Shown piece by piece: positions 37,347 to 47,640 of a DNA stretch of 64,000 nucleotides; within the stretch, counting starts at the first letter, position 1; each line of letters opens with the position of its first letter. Source of the stretch: an archaeon (lineage in GTDB: Archaea; Nanobdellota; Nanobdellia; Pacearchaeales; DTIR01); the NCBI GenBank assembly GCA_043799715.1, contig JAZDNM010000003.1:220986-284985 (forward strand), given 5' to 3'. The notes beneath the pieces are model-generated. The model saw nothing but the letters and a program-made list of their open reading frames with translations. It ran no database searches and was not told where the DNA came from. Both the position numbers and the translations under genes were made by a program.

Positions 37347-39239
37347 TTACCTTAATCTAACTGTTTCAAGATTTCTCGGCGCAGAGGTTTCAATCCTGTT
37401 CAGCTGATAAATTGTTGATGCCAAATCAAGGCACTTGCTCTGCTCGCCATGGTTAACCATTATCCTTTTTGGATGCGGCTGCGAGTTATTTACAAATGCA
37501 AGAAGCTGATTCCTTCCTGAATGCGCTGTCAAGCCGTCTATTGTTGCTATCTCAAGATTAACAGGAGTTACTTCCTCCTTGCCTTCAACCTGAAACCGGA
37601 CTTCCTTTGTGCCTTCCTGAACCTGCCTTCCCAGGCTGCCCACTCCTTGATAGCATACAAATACAATGCTGTTTTTCTTTGAATCTGCAAATTCCTTGAG
37701 ATATTCCACAGATGCGCCGCCCATAAGCATTCCTGATGTTGCAAGAACAACACAAGGGCCTCCTTCTGTAACTTCTTTTCTTTCCTGAGCCGAGCCGACT
37801 CTCTTGAAAATTTCTGATGCAAAAGGATTTTTGTCCTGAAATATCTGCGCTTTCACGTTTGCAGCAAGAAAATTTGGATATGCAGTATGAATTGCAGTAA
37901 CATCCCAAATCATTCCGTCAATATAAATTGGGACTTGGGGCATAAGGTTGCTCCTCATTGCCTGCTCAAGTATCAGCATTGTCTCCTGGCTTCTTCCCAA
38001 TCCCAGCTCAGGAATGAGAACCTTGCCGCCTCTTTCAATTGTTCTTTTTATTACATCAAGCAGCGCGTTTTCTGCCTCCTGCCTTGGCGGCAGGACATCA
38101 TTCTTGCTTCCGTAAGTTGATTCAATAATCATTGTCTCAAGCCTTGGGAACTGCGTCACTGCTGGCTCAAGCAGTCTTGTTCTGCCGTATTTGAAGTCAG
38201 CGCAGTAAAGAAGATTGTGCAGCCCGTTTCCTATGTTAAGATGAACCATTGAAGAACCGAGGGCATGCCCTGCATTGTAAAGCGTCAATCTTACATCAGG
38301 GGTTATATCAGAAACTTCATTGTATTCAAGGCATATGCTGTGCTTAACCATGTCTTTTATATCTGTTGAGCTGTAAAGAGGCTGTGTTGCTTTTTTGTAT
38401 GCAACTCCAATATAATCAAGTGCAAGCAGAGCTGTTATGTCCCTTGTAGGCATTGTCATATATACAGGCCCGGTATATCCCATTTTGAAAAGCCAGGGAA
38501 TCATTCCGGAATGGTCAAGATGCGCATGGCTCACTATCACTGCATCAACATCCTTGAGATTGAATTCAGGAACATTCAGTATCGGGAACTTGTCTGCGTT
38601 TGTCTGCGCAGCAACATCAATGCCGCAGTCAAGAAGTATCTTTGACTCGGGAGTTGAAAGCAAAAGGCAGCTTCTGCCAACCTGCCTGCCTGAGCCCAGA
38701 AATGTAACCCTGACCCATTCGTCTATTTTCTCAGGATTCCAGTCCTTGTATATCCTGTTGCCTACTTCATTCAGGAATTTTTTCCTGTAATTGTTGTTTA
38801 AGTACAAAACTTCCCTGATGTTTTCTGTTATCTTGCTTCTTATTGCAGGGCTTCTCTGGACTTGGGGAAACCATAATATGCTGTCCTTTATCTTTCTGAG
38901 CGTCTCGCCTCCCTTGCCGATTGCAAGCCCTGGCTTCTTGACTTCTATTACAACTATGCTCCTCTGAACATCAAATATCACATTTGTAATCTCCGCCTCT
39001 GTAGGAACTGTCGCCCTGATGAACTCCTCTGCCTTCTCCTGCTCAAGAAGGATTGATGAGTCAGCCCTGAGCTCAATTCTCTTTTTTATCCTGTCTACAA
39101 CTGCCTTGATTTTCTGCTCTGAATCAAGAAAGAAATCCCTGTCTGTTGTGTAGAGAACTATGTTTGCGCCTTCAAACTGCGCATCTTTTATCGCCTTTGC
39201 TGGCAGTTCTTTTATAATGTTGCCTATTATATCTGTCAT
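37347..39239 (-). CDS. Archaeal CPSF1 (FttA-like) KH / metallo-beta-lactamase / beta-CASP ribonuclease
   Basis: 630 aa with an N-terminal KH-like region. The HxHxDH motif is VIVSHAHLDHSG. Length and order match aCPSF1. Confidence 0.85.
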   Translation of the reverse strand: MTDIIGNIIKELPAKAIKDAQFEGANIVLYTTDRDFFLDSEQKIKAVVDRIKKRIELRADSSILLEQEKAEEFIRATVPTEAEITNVIFDVQRSIVVIEVKKPGLAIGKGGETLRKIKDSILWFPQVQRSPAIRSKITENIREVLYLNNNYRKKFLNEVGNRIYKDWNPEKIDEWVRVTFLGSGRQVGRSCLLLSTPESKILLDCGIDVAAQTNADKFPILNVPEFNLKDVDAVIVSHAHLDHSGMIPWLFKMGYTGPVYMTMPTRDITALLALDYIGVAYKKATQPLYSSTDIKDMVKHSICLEYNEVSDITPDVRLTLYNAGHALGSSMVHLNIGNGLHNLLYCADFKYGRTRLLEPAVTQFPRLETMIIESTYGSKNDVLPPRQEAENALLDVIKRTIERGGKVLIPELGLGRSQETMLILEQAMRSNLMPQVPIYIDGMIWDVTAIHTAYPNFLAANVKAQIFQDKNPFASEIFKRVGSAQERKEVTEGGPCVVLATSGMLMGGASVEYLKEFADSKKNSIVFVCYQGVGSLGRQVQEGTKEVRFQVEGKEEVTPVNLEIATIDGLTAHSGRNQLLAFVNNSQPHPKRIMVNHGEQSKCLDLASTIYQLNRIETSAPRNLETVRLR

Positions 39240-39305
39240 TAGAAACTCTTGAATGATTTTAGAATTTTTGGTATAGCATGATTAAAATTTAGATAAGGAA
39301 TTCCT

Positions 39306-39965
39306 TTACTCAGCAGCGTATCTCGGCTCTATTTTTTCCTCAACATCCTGCCTTATCCCGTCTTTTGTTATTACAAAAACATCAATTCCGTGCCCTGAGC
39401 CAGTATCTCTCTGGGTTGAAGCCTTTATGCACTCAACAGCAAGCTGGACTCCTTCCTTAACAATAATATCTTTTTTGTATCCCCTTTCCATTACTCCCAG
39501 CATGTAAGGCATTCCGCTGCCGAAATTTGCATCATAATCCTCCACTTTCATTATCCCCCCTGCTGGCTCAACAGAATAAAGCTCAAAACTGCCGTCTGTA
39601 TTGAATCCTGCAACAAGAGTGCCGACAATTGTCGGGATATTTGAAAGCTGCCTTATCCCCCTGTATGCAAGCATTGAAAATAGGCTTGCAGCATCCTTGA
39701 CGCTTGGCCTTGACTTGCTTCTTAATTCCTTAAGCTTTAACTCAGCTGTCACGACTTTTGTCAGGACTTGGGCATCAGCAAATCCGCCTGTCCATGAGCC
39801 GACAAGATAATCATTAATCTTGAAAACCTTCTTTGCATTCTTGCTCATCACTATGTTGCCTGCTGTAACCTGCCTGTCAGCAGCCATGACTATGCCGTCC
39901 TTGCACACTATTCCGAGTATGCTCGTGCCTGTTTTCAATATGCTATTTTTAAGTTCATCGTCCAT
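39306..39965 (-). CDS. psmB: Proteasome subunit beta
   Basis: Propeptide followed by TSILGIVCKDGIVMAADRQVTAG. 219 aa. Confidence 0.85.
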   Translation of the reverse strand: MDDELKNSILKTGTSILGIVCKDGIVMAADRQVTAGNIVMSKNAKKVFKINDYLVGSWTGGFADAQVLTKVVTAELKLKELRSKSRPSVKDAASLFSMLAYRGIRQLSNIPTIVGTLVAGFNTDGSFELYSVEPAGGIMKVEDYDANFGSGMPYMLGVMERGYKKDIIVKEGVQLAVECIKASTQRDTGSGHGIDVFVITKDGIRQDVEEKIEPRYAAE

Positions 39966-40092
39966 AATAAACCTCCTGCGGGTTTCTTATCAACTTCCTG
40001 CATCCAATGTTCATTGTACAAGAACCAATAAATCAAGAACCTCTGATTTTTTAAGTTCTGGGGCATTTATAAAGCTTGTGTTTTTTGGGGGC

Positions 40093-40341
40093 TTAATTAT
40101 ATATATTTTCCCTGTGCCCCGCCTCAATTACAAATATGGTAAGCTTGTCCTGCTTGATATCCATGATAATTCTATAATCCCCTATTCTCAGCCGATAATA
40201 AGGGCTTCCAACAATCCTTTTTACAAAATGAAAGGGCCTTATTCTTATCCTTTCAAGCACAGCGATAATCCTTTCCTGAACTTTCTTTTCAAGTTTGTAT
40301 ATCCGCTTTTCAGCAGTCTGCGAGAATTCAATGCTGTACAT
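40093..40341 (-). CDS. RelE/ParE-family toxin
   Basis: 82 aa. YRLRIGDYRII ... IEAGHR is classic RelE. Confidence 0.8.
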   Translation of the reverse strand: MYSIEFSQTAEKRIYKLEKKVQERIIAVLERIRIRPFHFVKRIVGSPYYRLRIGDYRIIMDIKQDKLTIFVIEAGHRENIYN

Positions 40342-40342
40342 T

Positions 40343-40561
40343 TTACAGTTTCAGTCTCTTTTTTACCTGCTCCAAAGAAACTATCTTTCCCTCTTTGATT
40401 TCTTTTTCTGACTGTGCAATATGCCTCTTTGCCTCTTCTGACAGCTCCATAGAATCCTCCATTAAATCCCAGATAAGTGATTCGTAACTTTCATTGTTGC
40501 TTATCTTCAGAACTTTCAATCTTTCAAGCAGTTCATTGCTTACCTGTATCGTTGTTCCCAT
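40343..40561 (-). CDS. Antitoxin, probably ribbon-helix-helix type
   Basis: 72 aa, ends 1 nt upstream of the relE-like gene. The N-terminus TIQVSNELLERLKVLK resembles an RHH beta-strand plus helix. Confidence 0.55.
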   Translation of the reverse strand: MGTTIQVSNELLERLKVLKISNNESYESLIWDLMEDSMELSEEAKRHIAQSEKEIKEGKIVSLEQVKKRLKL

Positions 40562-40608
40562 ATTGATTATATAGTTTGCTATAGTTTATAAAGCTTGTAC
40601 TTCAGAAG

Positions 40609-41088
40609 TTATTTCCTGTAATTCCCCATCCCGGGGATGATATGCCTTATTCCGCCGACATAATCCTCAACATCGCCAAAATATCTCGGAATAAGATGTA
40701 TGTGAAGATGCTCTATTGTCCTTCCTGCAGCAGCGCCTTCATTTACTCCTATGTTGTATGCATCTGGCTTCTTGTTTAGTCCTATGTGCTCCAGCATCCT
40801 CCTGAAGAATTGCACAGATATCTCATTAGGGGGATTTTCAAGGAGCTTTTCATAAAGTTCCCGGTGATTTAACTTGTCAAGCATTTGTTTCGTGCCTGAA
40901 AGCGCGGGCTTTAAATTCTGCCATTCTTTTTCAGTCAGGTCAAAAAGGGAATCCACATGCCTTATTGGGATTAGTTCAGCATGCCCAGGCGAGACAGGGA
41001 ACTTGTCAAATCTCGCAAAGAAAAAATCATTTTCATAAATAACTTCCTTCTTTTCCTTGTAAATCCTGCAAAATAGGCATTCAGTCAT
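40609..41088 (-). CDS. HIT-family (histidine triad) protein
   Basis: HLHIHLIP histidine triad. 159 aa. Confidence 0.8.
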   Translation of the reverse strand: MTECLFCRIYKEKKEVIYENDFFFARFDKFPVSPGHAELIPIRHVDSLFDLTEKEWQNLKPALSGTKQMLDKLNHRELYEKLLENPPNEISVQFFRRMLEHIGLNKKPDAYNIGVNEGAAAGRTIEHLHIHLIPRYFGDVEDYVGGIRHIIPGMGNYRK

Positions 41089-41608
41089 TTTTTATCTTCC
41101 TTATCCTCACAAATATCTCTTCAGCAGGAAATAGGCTTCTTAAAAAGCTTCTTTCGTAAATGTCTGCTCTTATGTGGTTAATTGCTTTTTCTACGAGCCT
41201 GTTCAGGAAGAATATCTTGCCTGCCTTGTGGAACTCAAGTCTCCTGCTTTCAAGTTTCCAGCCCTTCCACATCTCCCTCTGCTCTGAATCTATGACATCC
41301 CCATTGAAATCCCCTATTGAGAAAAACCTCTTGTGGAATATGCTGAGTGAAACAAATCCTATTGGAACTCTGACAATCAACAAGCCGTCTTTCTTCAATA
41401 TTCTCTTGGCTTCTTTCAGAAATAGGGGTATTGATAAGTCAATATGCTCCAGAATATTTGAAGCATAAATCTGTTCTATTGAATTGTCTTTAAACGGATA
41501 GGGGATTTTGTTTAAATCCCAAACCAAATCAATGCCTTGCCCTTTTATCTTGTCCATATTCACATATCCTTTTTTTATGTCTGTTCCGCAGCCGAGATTG
41601 AGTTTCAT
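41081..41608 (-). CDS. Class I SAM-dependent methyltransferase
   Basis: Motif I LNLGCG. Motif post I KKDGLLIV. Confidence 0.7.
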   Translation of the reverse strand: MKLNLGCGTDIKKGYVNMDKIKGQGIDLVWDLNKIPYPFKDNSIEQIYASNILEHIDLSIPLFLKEAKRILKKDGLLIVRVPIGFVSLSIFHKRFFSIGDFNGDVIDSEQREMWKGWKLESRRLEFHKAGKIFFLNRLVEKAINHIRADIYERSFLRSLFPAEEIFVRIRKIKND

Positions 41609-41620
41609 TTTTTATTTCCC

Positions 41621-43681
41621 TTAGTGAACAGTTGTGATGCCGTCATCCTTCCTGAAACGGATGATGTTTTCCACAAAGCTTTCCATCTTTGCCTCGTGGC
41701 TGACAAGTATGAGCTGCTTGACTTTTAATTCTGCAAGAACATCGCGCATCCTGTCAAGCTGCTCTGATGAAAAGCCGTCTGTCGGCTCGTCAAGTATGAG
41801 AATATCCCTTGTGCTTATCTTGCTTATGAATGAGTTAATAACTTGGTTTAATGCAAGGCGATAGGCAAGGGCAACTGCTGTTCTCTCGCCTCCTGAAAGG
41901 AATGAATAATCCAGCTCATATCCCCTTGACTCTATTATTGGAGTAAAATTCTCATCAAGCCTTACTGACAGTTCAGAGACAAGCATTGAAAACCATTTCT
42001 CAAATAATTGTGAGAAATCAGAATGCAATTTTGCCATTACTGCTTTTTCAATTGCTGAAAGAACAACAGGAAACCTGTCCTGAATCCATTTCCTGAGCTT
42101 GTTGAGATATGCAATATCCAGGATTATTTTTTCTTTCTGCAGAATTTCCTTTTCAATTGCAAGAATTAAATCAGCCATATTCTCTGTCTCTTTCTCTACT
42201 TTTGCCTTGCTTATTGCAGCTGCTTTTTCCTGCTCCCTGACTTTTTCTACTTCTCTCCTTGATTTTTCAAATTCCTCCTCAAATTTCTCAAATTCCCTTG
42301 CCTTTTCAAGCAAAGCTGAGAGTTCATTATCCAATATCCCTGATTTCTCAGCTGCTTTTTCAATTGTTGAATTAAGTTTTTTCAAGTCAGCTTCCCTCTC
42401 CTCTATTCTTGAAATTCTGTTCCTCATCATTATCTGCTCCTTCTCTTCTGTCTGAAGCTCAACAAGCTGCCTTTTCTGTGCTGATATGCTCTTGTCAAGA
42501 GCTTCTTTTTGCAGTGTCTTGTCCTTTATCACAGAATCAAGCTTCTCAATTACTGTATCAGATTTTTCCATTATGCTCCGCTTGTGCTTGGGAGGCACAT
42601 CCTGCATACAGAGAGGGCATACATCAACTTCGCTTATGCTTATCTTAACACTCTCATTATGCTTTTTTTCATGGTTCATTGCAGAGATTTCCTTTTCCAC
42701 TGCAAGCCGCTTTGCCTCTGCATCTGAAATCAGTTTCTCTTTTTCTGCGCGCTGCTGCTCAATATTCTGAAACCTGAAATTTTTTGTTTCTTCCCTGCTC
42801 TCTACTATCTGCCTGCTGAGAACTTTTTCCTGCGAAATGAATTCCTTAAGCTGCTCTCTGGCTGGCAAGACAGCAGCTTTTTTTGCAGCTGTTTTTTCCT
42901 TCAGCTCATAAAGCTCTGATGCCTTTTTCTCAATTTCATTCTGCTGGATTTTCTTTTCTCTCAGAATCAGCTGCAGGGCTTCAAGCTCTTTTCTTGATAT
43001 TTCCAGCTGCTGCCTTAATTTCTCAATCTCGCTTTTCTTTGCTGAAACCTCATTCTTCTTTGTTTCCAAGTCAGCAGTCATTCCTTCCTTGTTTTTTATT
43101 GATTCCCTGAGCCTTGCGGAAAATATGCTGAGATTTTCTGAAACCGCCTTGTATTTGTCTATGCCGAATATTCTTCTCAGCGTGTCTGTCCTGAGCTCTG
43201 ACTTCTCAAGAAGAATTTCTCTCATTGATTCCTGCGGAGTGTAAATCGTGTATCTGTAAAGCAGATTGGTTTTTGTAAGATATTCCTGGGGGTAATTCAG
43301 GATTTCAAGCACTTTTTGCTTTAATTGCGTCGGAGAAAGTTCATATTTGTCATTGTCTATTGTGATTTTGCCTGCTTCCTGCGTGACAGAGTTCTTGTTT
43401 CTTTTCAGTATTCTTTCAATCAGCACATTTTTTCCTGCAACTTCCATCTCAATCGCAATGCTGCCTGTTTTTTCTCCGGCTCTCAACAAGCTGCTGCCTG
43501 AAAGATTCCCTTTCTCAAGCCCGAACATTGCGAATTCAATTGCAAGAAGCACAGAAGTCTTGCCAGAGCCTATGTCCCCTGACAAAAGCGTGCTGCCTTT
43601 CGGAATTGTAACCTCGCCATTCCTGTACGAGCGGATATTCTCAAGAATTATTTTTTTTATCAGCATCTCAATTTCCTCCAC
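41621..43681 (-). CDS. rad50: DNA double-strand break repair ATPase Rad50
   Basis: Walker A GDIGSGKTS. Long coiled coil with the zinc hook CPLC. Signature SGGE and Walker B ILILDE. Confidence 0.85.
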   Translation of the reverse strand: MEEIEMLIKKIILENIRSYRNGEVTIPKGSTLLSGDIGSGKTSVLLAIEFAMFGLEKGNLSGSSLLRAGEKTGSIAIEMEVAGKNVLIERILKRNKNSVTQEAGKITIDNDKYELSPTQLKQKVLEILNYPQEYLTKTNLLYRYTIYTPQESMREILLEKSELRTDTLRRIFGIDKYKAVSENLSIFSARLRESIKNKEGMTADLETKKNEVSAKKSEIEKLRQQLEISRKELEALQLILREKKIQQNEIEKKASELYELKEKTAAKKAAVLPAREQLKEFISQEKVLSRQIVESREETKNFRFQNIEQQRAEKEKLISDAEAKRLAVEKEISAMNHEKKHNESVKISISEVDVCPLCMQDVPPKHKRSIMEKSDTVIEKLDSVIKDKTLQKEALDKSISAQKRQLVELQTEEKEQIMMRNRISRIEEREADLKKLNSTIEKAAEKSGILDNELSALLEKAREFEKFEEEFEKSRREVEKVREQEKAAAISKAKVEKETENMADLILAIEKEILQKEKIILDIAYLNKLRKWIQDRFPVVLSAIEKAVMAKLHSDFSQLFEKWFSMLVSELSVRLDENFTPIIESRGYELDYSFLSGGERTAVALAYRLALNQVINSFISKISTRDILILDEPTDGFSSEQLDRMRDVLAELKVKQLILVSHEAKMESFVENIIRFRKDDGITTVH

Positions 43682-44121
43682 ATATTTATGCTCACAAGCT
43701 TTAATCCAAATTTCTTATGAAGTTTGATAGAAGGTATATTTTTAACAAATATCCAAGCATTCACATCCTTTGCTTTTTTCTTCTTTAACCAAGACAAAAG
43801 TTCTTTTATTATCCCGCTGCCTATTCCCCTGTTTCTGATTCCTTTGTCAACATAAATCTTTTCTATTCTGCCTTTTTTCTTCATTGATGCTTGTCCGAAA
43901 CCTAGAATCCTGCCATTATCTATAGAAACAATCCAGTATTGACTCGGATTTTTTAAACCCCGCCTGAAACTGGCTTCTCTTGTCTTTTTATGTTTTTTAA
44001 ATTCCCTAATTGATTTTTCTCGGCTATTATTAAATTGAAGTTTCATTTCTGTGATTCCGCCTTCGCAGTATATCCTATCAATCTCTTTCAAGTCTTCTGA
44101 TTTTGCTCTTCTTATCAGCAT
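43660..44121 (-). CDS. GNAT-family N-acetyltransferase
   Basis: RNRGIGSGIIKEL acetyl-CoA binding motif. 153 aa. Confidence 0.7.
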   Translation of the reverse strand: MLIRRAKSEDLKEIDRIYCEGGITEMKLQFNNSREKSIREFKKHKKTREASFRRGLKNPSQYWIVSIDNGRILGFGQASMKKKGRIEKIYVDKGIRNRGIGSGIIKELLSWLKKKKAKDVNAWIFVKNIPSIKLHKKFGLKLVSINMWRKLRC

Positions 44122-44122
44122 T

Positions 44123-45346
44123 TTATCTTTCCATCCTCTCCTTTAATCCTAAAATCTTGATTGCCTCGTCATTTACCCTTGATTCAAATCCCGCGACTGT
44201 CTCGCCTTCCTGCTTTTCCATGTCAAGGTGCATCAGAGTGTTGATAAAAGGAATGAAGTCCCACTCATTCTCGTCCTTGATATATCTTTTTATTATCTCA
44301 TCCTCTATCCCCTGTATGTTGTTGCTCTGGGTGTGCGTCTCAATGCTCATGCTTGAGCTTGTAAGTGCATTGGTATTCTTCAGCATTGCATAGCATTCAG
44401 ATGCTGCAGCAGTTATCCTGTCAAAATCCATATCAGATGTCTTGCCGTCAATGCAGCCTGAGATTTTCAATGCGAGAATTTTTTCTTTTACTTCATGTTC
44501 TGAGATTTTTTTTATTATTGCCTCTGTTGCAAGCTCGGGCTTCATCCCGCTTACATCAATGCTGACTGGAACAACATCCTTCAGCTTTATTTTTTCTTTT
44601 CTTATGCTGCACTTTCCATCCCCAATGTCAACAATGCAGAAACTGCCCTGCTTCAGCTCCTCAAGCTCCTGAAAATTATTCGGAAACAAAGGCCCTGGAT
44701 AAACAACTGGCTTGCCTTTCCTGCTTGACTCAAATACAATATGCAGATGCCCGCCTGCATAATAGTCAAATCCATCAGGAAGCTCTTCTATGTCAACAGA
44801 TTCTATGAAGTACAAGTCCTTTGGCTTTGCTTCTGTCAGTGTTGTGTGCATCATGAATATCTTTGCCTTGCTTTTTGATTCAGGCAGATGCATCTGCAGA
44901 TTTTTGAACGCCCTTGTTTCTAACCCTCCCTTCTTGCCTGGGAGCCCTGCAAAAATGCAGCCATCATGCTCACATGTTTCAAGAACTGTAAGCATGTCGC
45001 CATTCCCCATATCCTGCTCTGAAGACAGGGAGACATTTTTGCATAATCCTGCTTTTTCTATCACATCAAGAAATGTCTTGCCTGAAACAGAGAAATCATG
45101 CGAGCCTGCAATTACATAGCATCCTATGCCGCTGTCCTTGAGTTTCTTCAGCTCTGATACAGCTTCTTTCAGGATTTCAATAGGAGGCATTGCTGTGTCA
45201 AACAAGTCGCCTGCAATGATTATAAAATCCACTTTTTCTTCAATGCAGATGCCAATGGCTTTCTTGAACGTCTCTAAATTGAGTTCCTGCAGCTTTGGCT
45301 CACGCCATGCTCCCAGATGTATGTCTGCAAAGTGTGCAAACCTCAT
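44123..45346 (-). CDS. mre11: DNA repair nuclease Mre11
   Basis: FAHFADIHLG, IIAGDLFD and GSHD phosphoesterase motifs. 407 aa. Confidence 0.85.
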   Translation of the reverse strand: MRFAHFADIHLGAWREPKLQELNLETFKKAIGICIEEKVDFIIIAGDLFDTAMPPIEILKEAVSELKKLKDSGIGCYVIAGSHDFSVSGKTFLDVIEKAGLCKNVSLSSEQDMGNGDMLTVLETCEHDGCIFAGLPGKKGGLETRAFKNLQMHLPESKSKAKIFMMHTTLTEAKPKDLYFIESVDIEELPDGFDYYAGGHLHIVFESSRKGKPVVYPGPLFPNNFQELEELKQGSFCIVDIGDGKCSIRKEKIKLKDVVPVSIDVSGMKPELATEAIIKKISEHEVKEKILALKISGCIDGKTSDMDFDRITAAASECYAMLKNTNALTSSSMSIETHTQSNNIQGIEDEIIKRYIKDENEWDFIPFINTLMHLDMEKQEGETVAGFESRVNDEAIKILGLKERMER

Positions 45347-45387
45347 TTTCCCCTAGCACTTACAGAAGAGAAGCAAGCTATAAAAAT

Positions 45388-45960
45388 TTATTGATGGTTT
45401 GGACTGCTTACAAGCCAGACATAAAGCTCCTCAAAAAACATCCTTTTTGATGCAAGTTTCCTGAATGCGAGTTTCCTTGCTTTCATCTCTTTTTTTAAGA
45501 TTTCAGGGCTTGTGAATGAACTTATGAGAAGCAGGGCAGCGCCTTTCTCTGAAAGATGGCTCTTTAAGCCCTTTATGAACCTTAAAGCAGTTTCATAGCC
45601 CTTTTTTCCCCCGCATGTGTCAATGTTCATGTCATGTTTGTCTGCTGGCAGATATGGCGGATTGAAAATTATCAAGTCAAATTTGCCTCTTATTTTAGAG
45701 AACAAGTCAGACTTGACTGCATTGAAGCCCTTTGCCTTCATTTCCCTGACTGCGCCAATGTTTATGTCTGTTGTGAGAATGTTTTCTTTTTTGCTTCCTG
45801 CTTCAAGCGCTGTTTCTGCAAGAATTCCAGAGCCTGTTCCCATGTCAAGCACTTTTGCATTGGTGTTTCTTTTCAGCATTTTTTTTGCAAGAAGCTTGAC
45901 TGCATCTGCAAGGAGAAATGAGTCCTCTGCAGGGGCGTATATGCTTTCAAGAATTTTCAT
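45388..45960 (-). CDS. N5-glutamine methyltransferase (HemK/Mtq2-like)
   Basis: Start MKILESIYAPAEDSFLL. Motifs VLDMGTGSG and NPPY. Confidence 0.65.
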   Translation of the reverse strand: MKILESIYAPAEDSFLLADAVKLLAKKMLKRNTNAKVLDMGTGSGILAETALEAGSKKENILTTDINIGAVREMKAKGFNAVKSDLFSKIRGKFDLIIFNPPYLPADKHDMNIDTCGGKKGYETALRFIKGLKSHLSEKGAALLLISSFTSPEILKKEMKARKLAFRKLASKRMFFEELYVWLVSSPNHQ

Positions 45961-45967
45961 TTCAGGA

Positions 45968-46303
45968 TTAAAGGAGCATAGAAACAAGAAATGCCGCTAT
46001 CCCTAATGCTGCTATGGCAAGCAGAATTATGATAAGCAGGAAAATCTTTTTTGGCTTTTTTGCCTGATTCTGCATTGGCTGCTGAGAATTTTTCTGTGGA
46101 TTTGGGGATGGAATCTGGTTTGAATAAGCCGGGATAGTCATTGACTGAATAGAAACTTTTGCCAGTGCGCTCCTTGCTGCGTCTTCAATCTCCTCTTTGG
46201 AATATCCTGCATTTAGCAAACTTGACATTGCCTGCTCTATTTTCTGCCCTCTTTCAAGGGCATTCTTTATTGCAACAACTAAATCATTATCAGGCATTTT
46301 CAA
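45968..46303 (-). CDS. Tail-anchored small membrane protein (hypothetical)
   Basis: 111 aa with a C-terminal TM helix IFLLIIILLAIAALGIAAFLV. Confidence 0.4.
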   Translation of the reverse strand: MKMPDNDLVVAIKNALERGQKIEQAMSSLLNAGYSKEEIEDAARSALAKVSIQSMTIPAYSNQIPSPNPQKNSQQPMQNQAKKPKKIFLLIIILLAIAALGIAAFLVSMLL

Positions 46304-46305
46304 AA

Positions 46306-47640
46306 TTACAAAACAAGCTTCTGCATGTCCTGCTTCAAGTGGCAGTTCTTCCCGAGCTTGTATCCCATTTCTGATGCAAGTTCGGCCATGCAGCTCAGCT
46401 TCTGCATGTCTCCATGAGCAGGAATTATATGCTCAGGATTTACCATATTTATGAAATCCCTCAAATCTTCCTTTGCAGCATGCCCTGACACATGAACATC
46501 AGTAAAGATTCTGACACCTTTTGCCTTTAATCTTTTTTCAAGCTGCTGCTTGTTTGCCATATTCATCGGAGTTGGGATTGTCCTGCTGCTGAAAATAACA
46601 TGGTCTTTGCTTTCAAAATTAAAAGGCAGCACATTTCTTGATAGCCTATCAAGCATGCTTCCTGGCTCGCCCTGATGCCCTGTGCATACAATCAAATACT
46701 CACGCCTATTTTTTGATATTTTTTTCAGCATTGACTCAACCTGATTCTTGTATGTTGCTGTCGGTATTCCTTCTGCAAAATCCGCAAGCTTCAGCCTTGA
46801 TGCTACATTGACATATTTGGCTAAACTTCTTCCGAGAAACACGACTTTCCTGTTAAGCTGCTTCCCGAAATCAACAATGCTCTTCAGTCTTGCTATATGG
46901 CTGCTGAATGTCGTCACGATAATGCACCCTTCCTCATTGCTTGTTGTCAGCAAAACATCCTCAAGAAGCCCTCTTGCGATTTTCTCGCTTGGAGTTTTTC
47001 TTTCCTCTCCTGAATAAAGCGAGTCAACCACAAGCGCCTTTACCCCTTCCTTGGCTATCTCCCTTATTTTTTCATAATTTGGCTTTTTCCCGACTATTGG
47101 AGTGTTGTCAAACTTAAAGTCATTTGCATAAAGTACAACACCCTCGTCTGTGTGAACTGCAATAAGGGCTGTCTGGAGCGTTGAATGGGTAATATTGATG
47201 AAATCAACCTTGTACTGCTTTTTGCCTCTTATAATACATGATGAATTCGGCTGCACAGGAATTATGTTATTGGGAATTGTTGTTCCTTCATCCCTCATTA
47301 ATGTCTGAAGAACTTCTGTTGAGAACGGCGTTGCCATGACATCTGCATTGTATCTCGGAGCGATGTATGGAATAGCTCCGATATGGTCAAGATGAGCATG
47401 GCTTGCGAGAATAGCCCTTACCTTGTTCCTCAAACCCATCTGCTCTAGAATTGTGTCTTCTGGCAGCGCGCCTATGCTCCTTAGTTTTTTCTCATTCATG
47501 ACAAGCTTTTCCCTTTCCTCAACTTCAACTAACGCAGGAAGGTAAAGCCCGCAGTCAAGAATTATGACATCTTCGCCTATTTCAAGGGCAGTCATATTCT
47601 TCCCGACTTCACTGTATCCGCCTATTGTATGCAGTTTCAT
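46306..47640 (-). CDS. Archaeal RNase J (metallo-beta-lactamase / beta-CASP ribonuclease)
   Basis: 444 aa. Motif SHAHLDHIG. The N-terminus MKLHTIGGYSEVGKN is typical of aRNase J. Confidence 0.8.
   Translation of the reverse strand: MKLHTIGGYSEVGKNMTALEIGEDVIILDCGLYLPALVEVEEREKLVMNEKKLRSIGALPEDTILEQMGLRNKVRAILASHAHLDHIGAIPYIAPRYNADVMATPFSTEVLQTLMRDEGTTIPNNIIPVQPNSSCIIRGKKQYKVDFINITHSTLQTALIAVHTDEGVVLYANDFKFDNTPIVGKKPNYEKIREIAKEGVKALVVDSLYSGEERKTPSEKIARGLLEDVLLTTSNEEGCIIVTTFSSHIARLKSIVDFGKQLNRKVVFLGRSLAKYVNVASRLKLADFAEGIPTATYKNQVESMLKKISKNRREYLIVCTGHQGEPGSMLDRLSRNVLPFNFESKDHVIFSSRTIPTPMNMANKQQLEKRLKAKGVRIFTDVHVSGHAAKEDLRDFINMVNPEHIIPAHGDMQKLSCMAELASEMGYKLGKNCHLKQDMQKLVL

Noticed and set aside
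39820-40398. 192-aa plus-strand ORF
   Set aside because: It lies antisense across the psmB 5' region and the RelE gene. It has no motif and implausible overlap. The minus-strand genes have clear homology.
42099-42770. Several Ser/Phe-rich plus-strand ORFs
   Set aside because: They are antisense to the rad50 coiled-coil region. Their low-complexity translations are typical of antisense AG-rich coding DNA.
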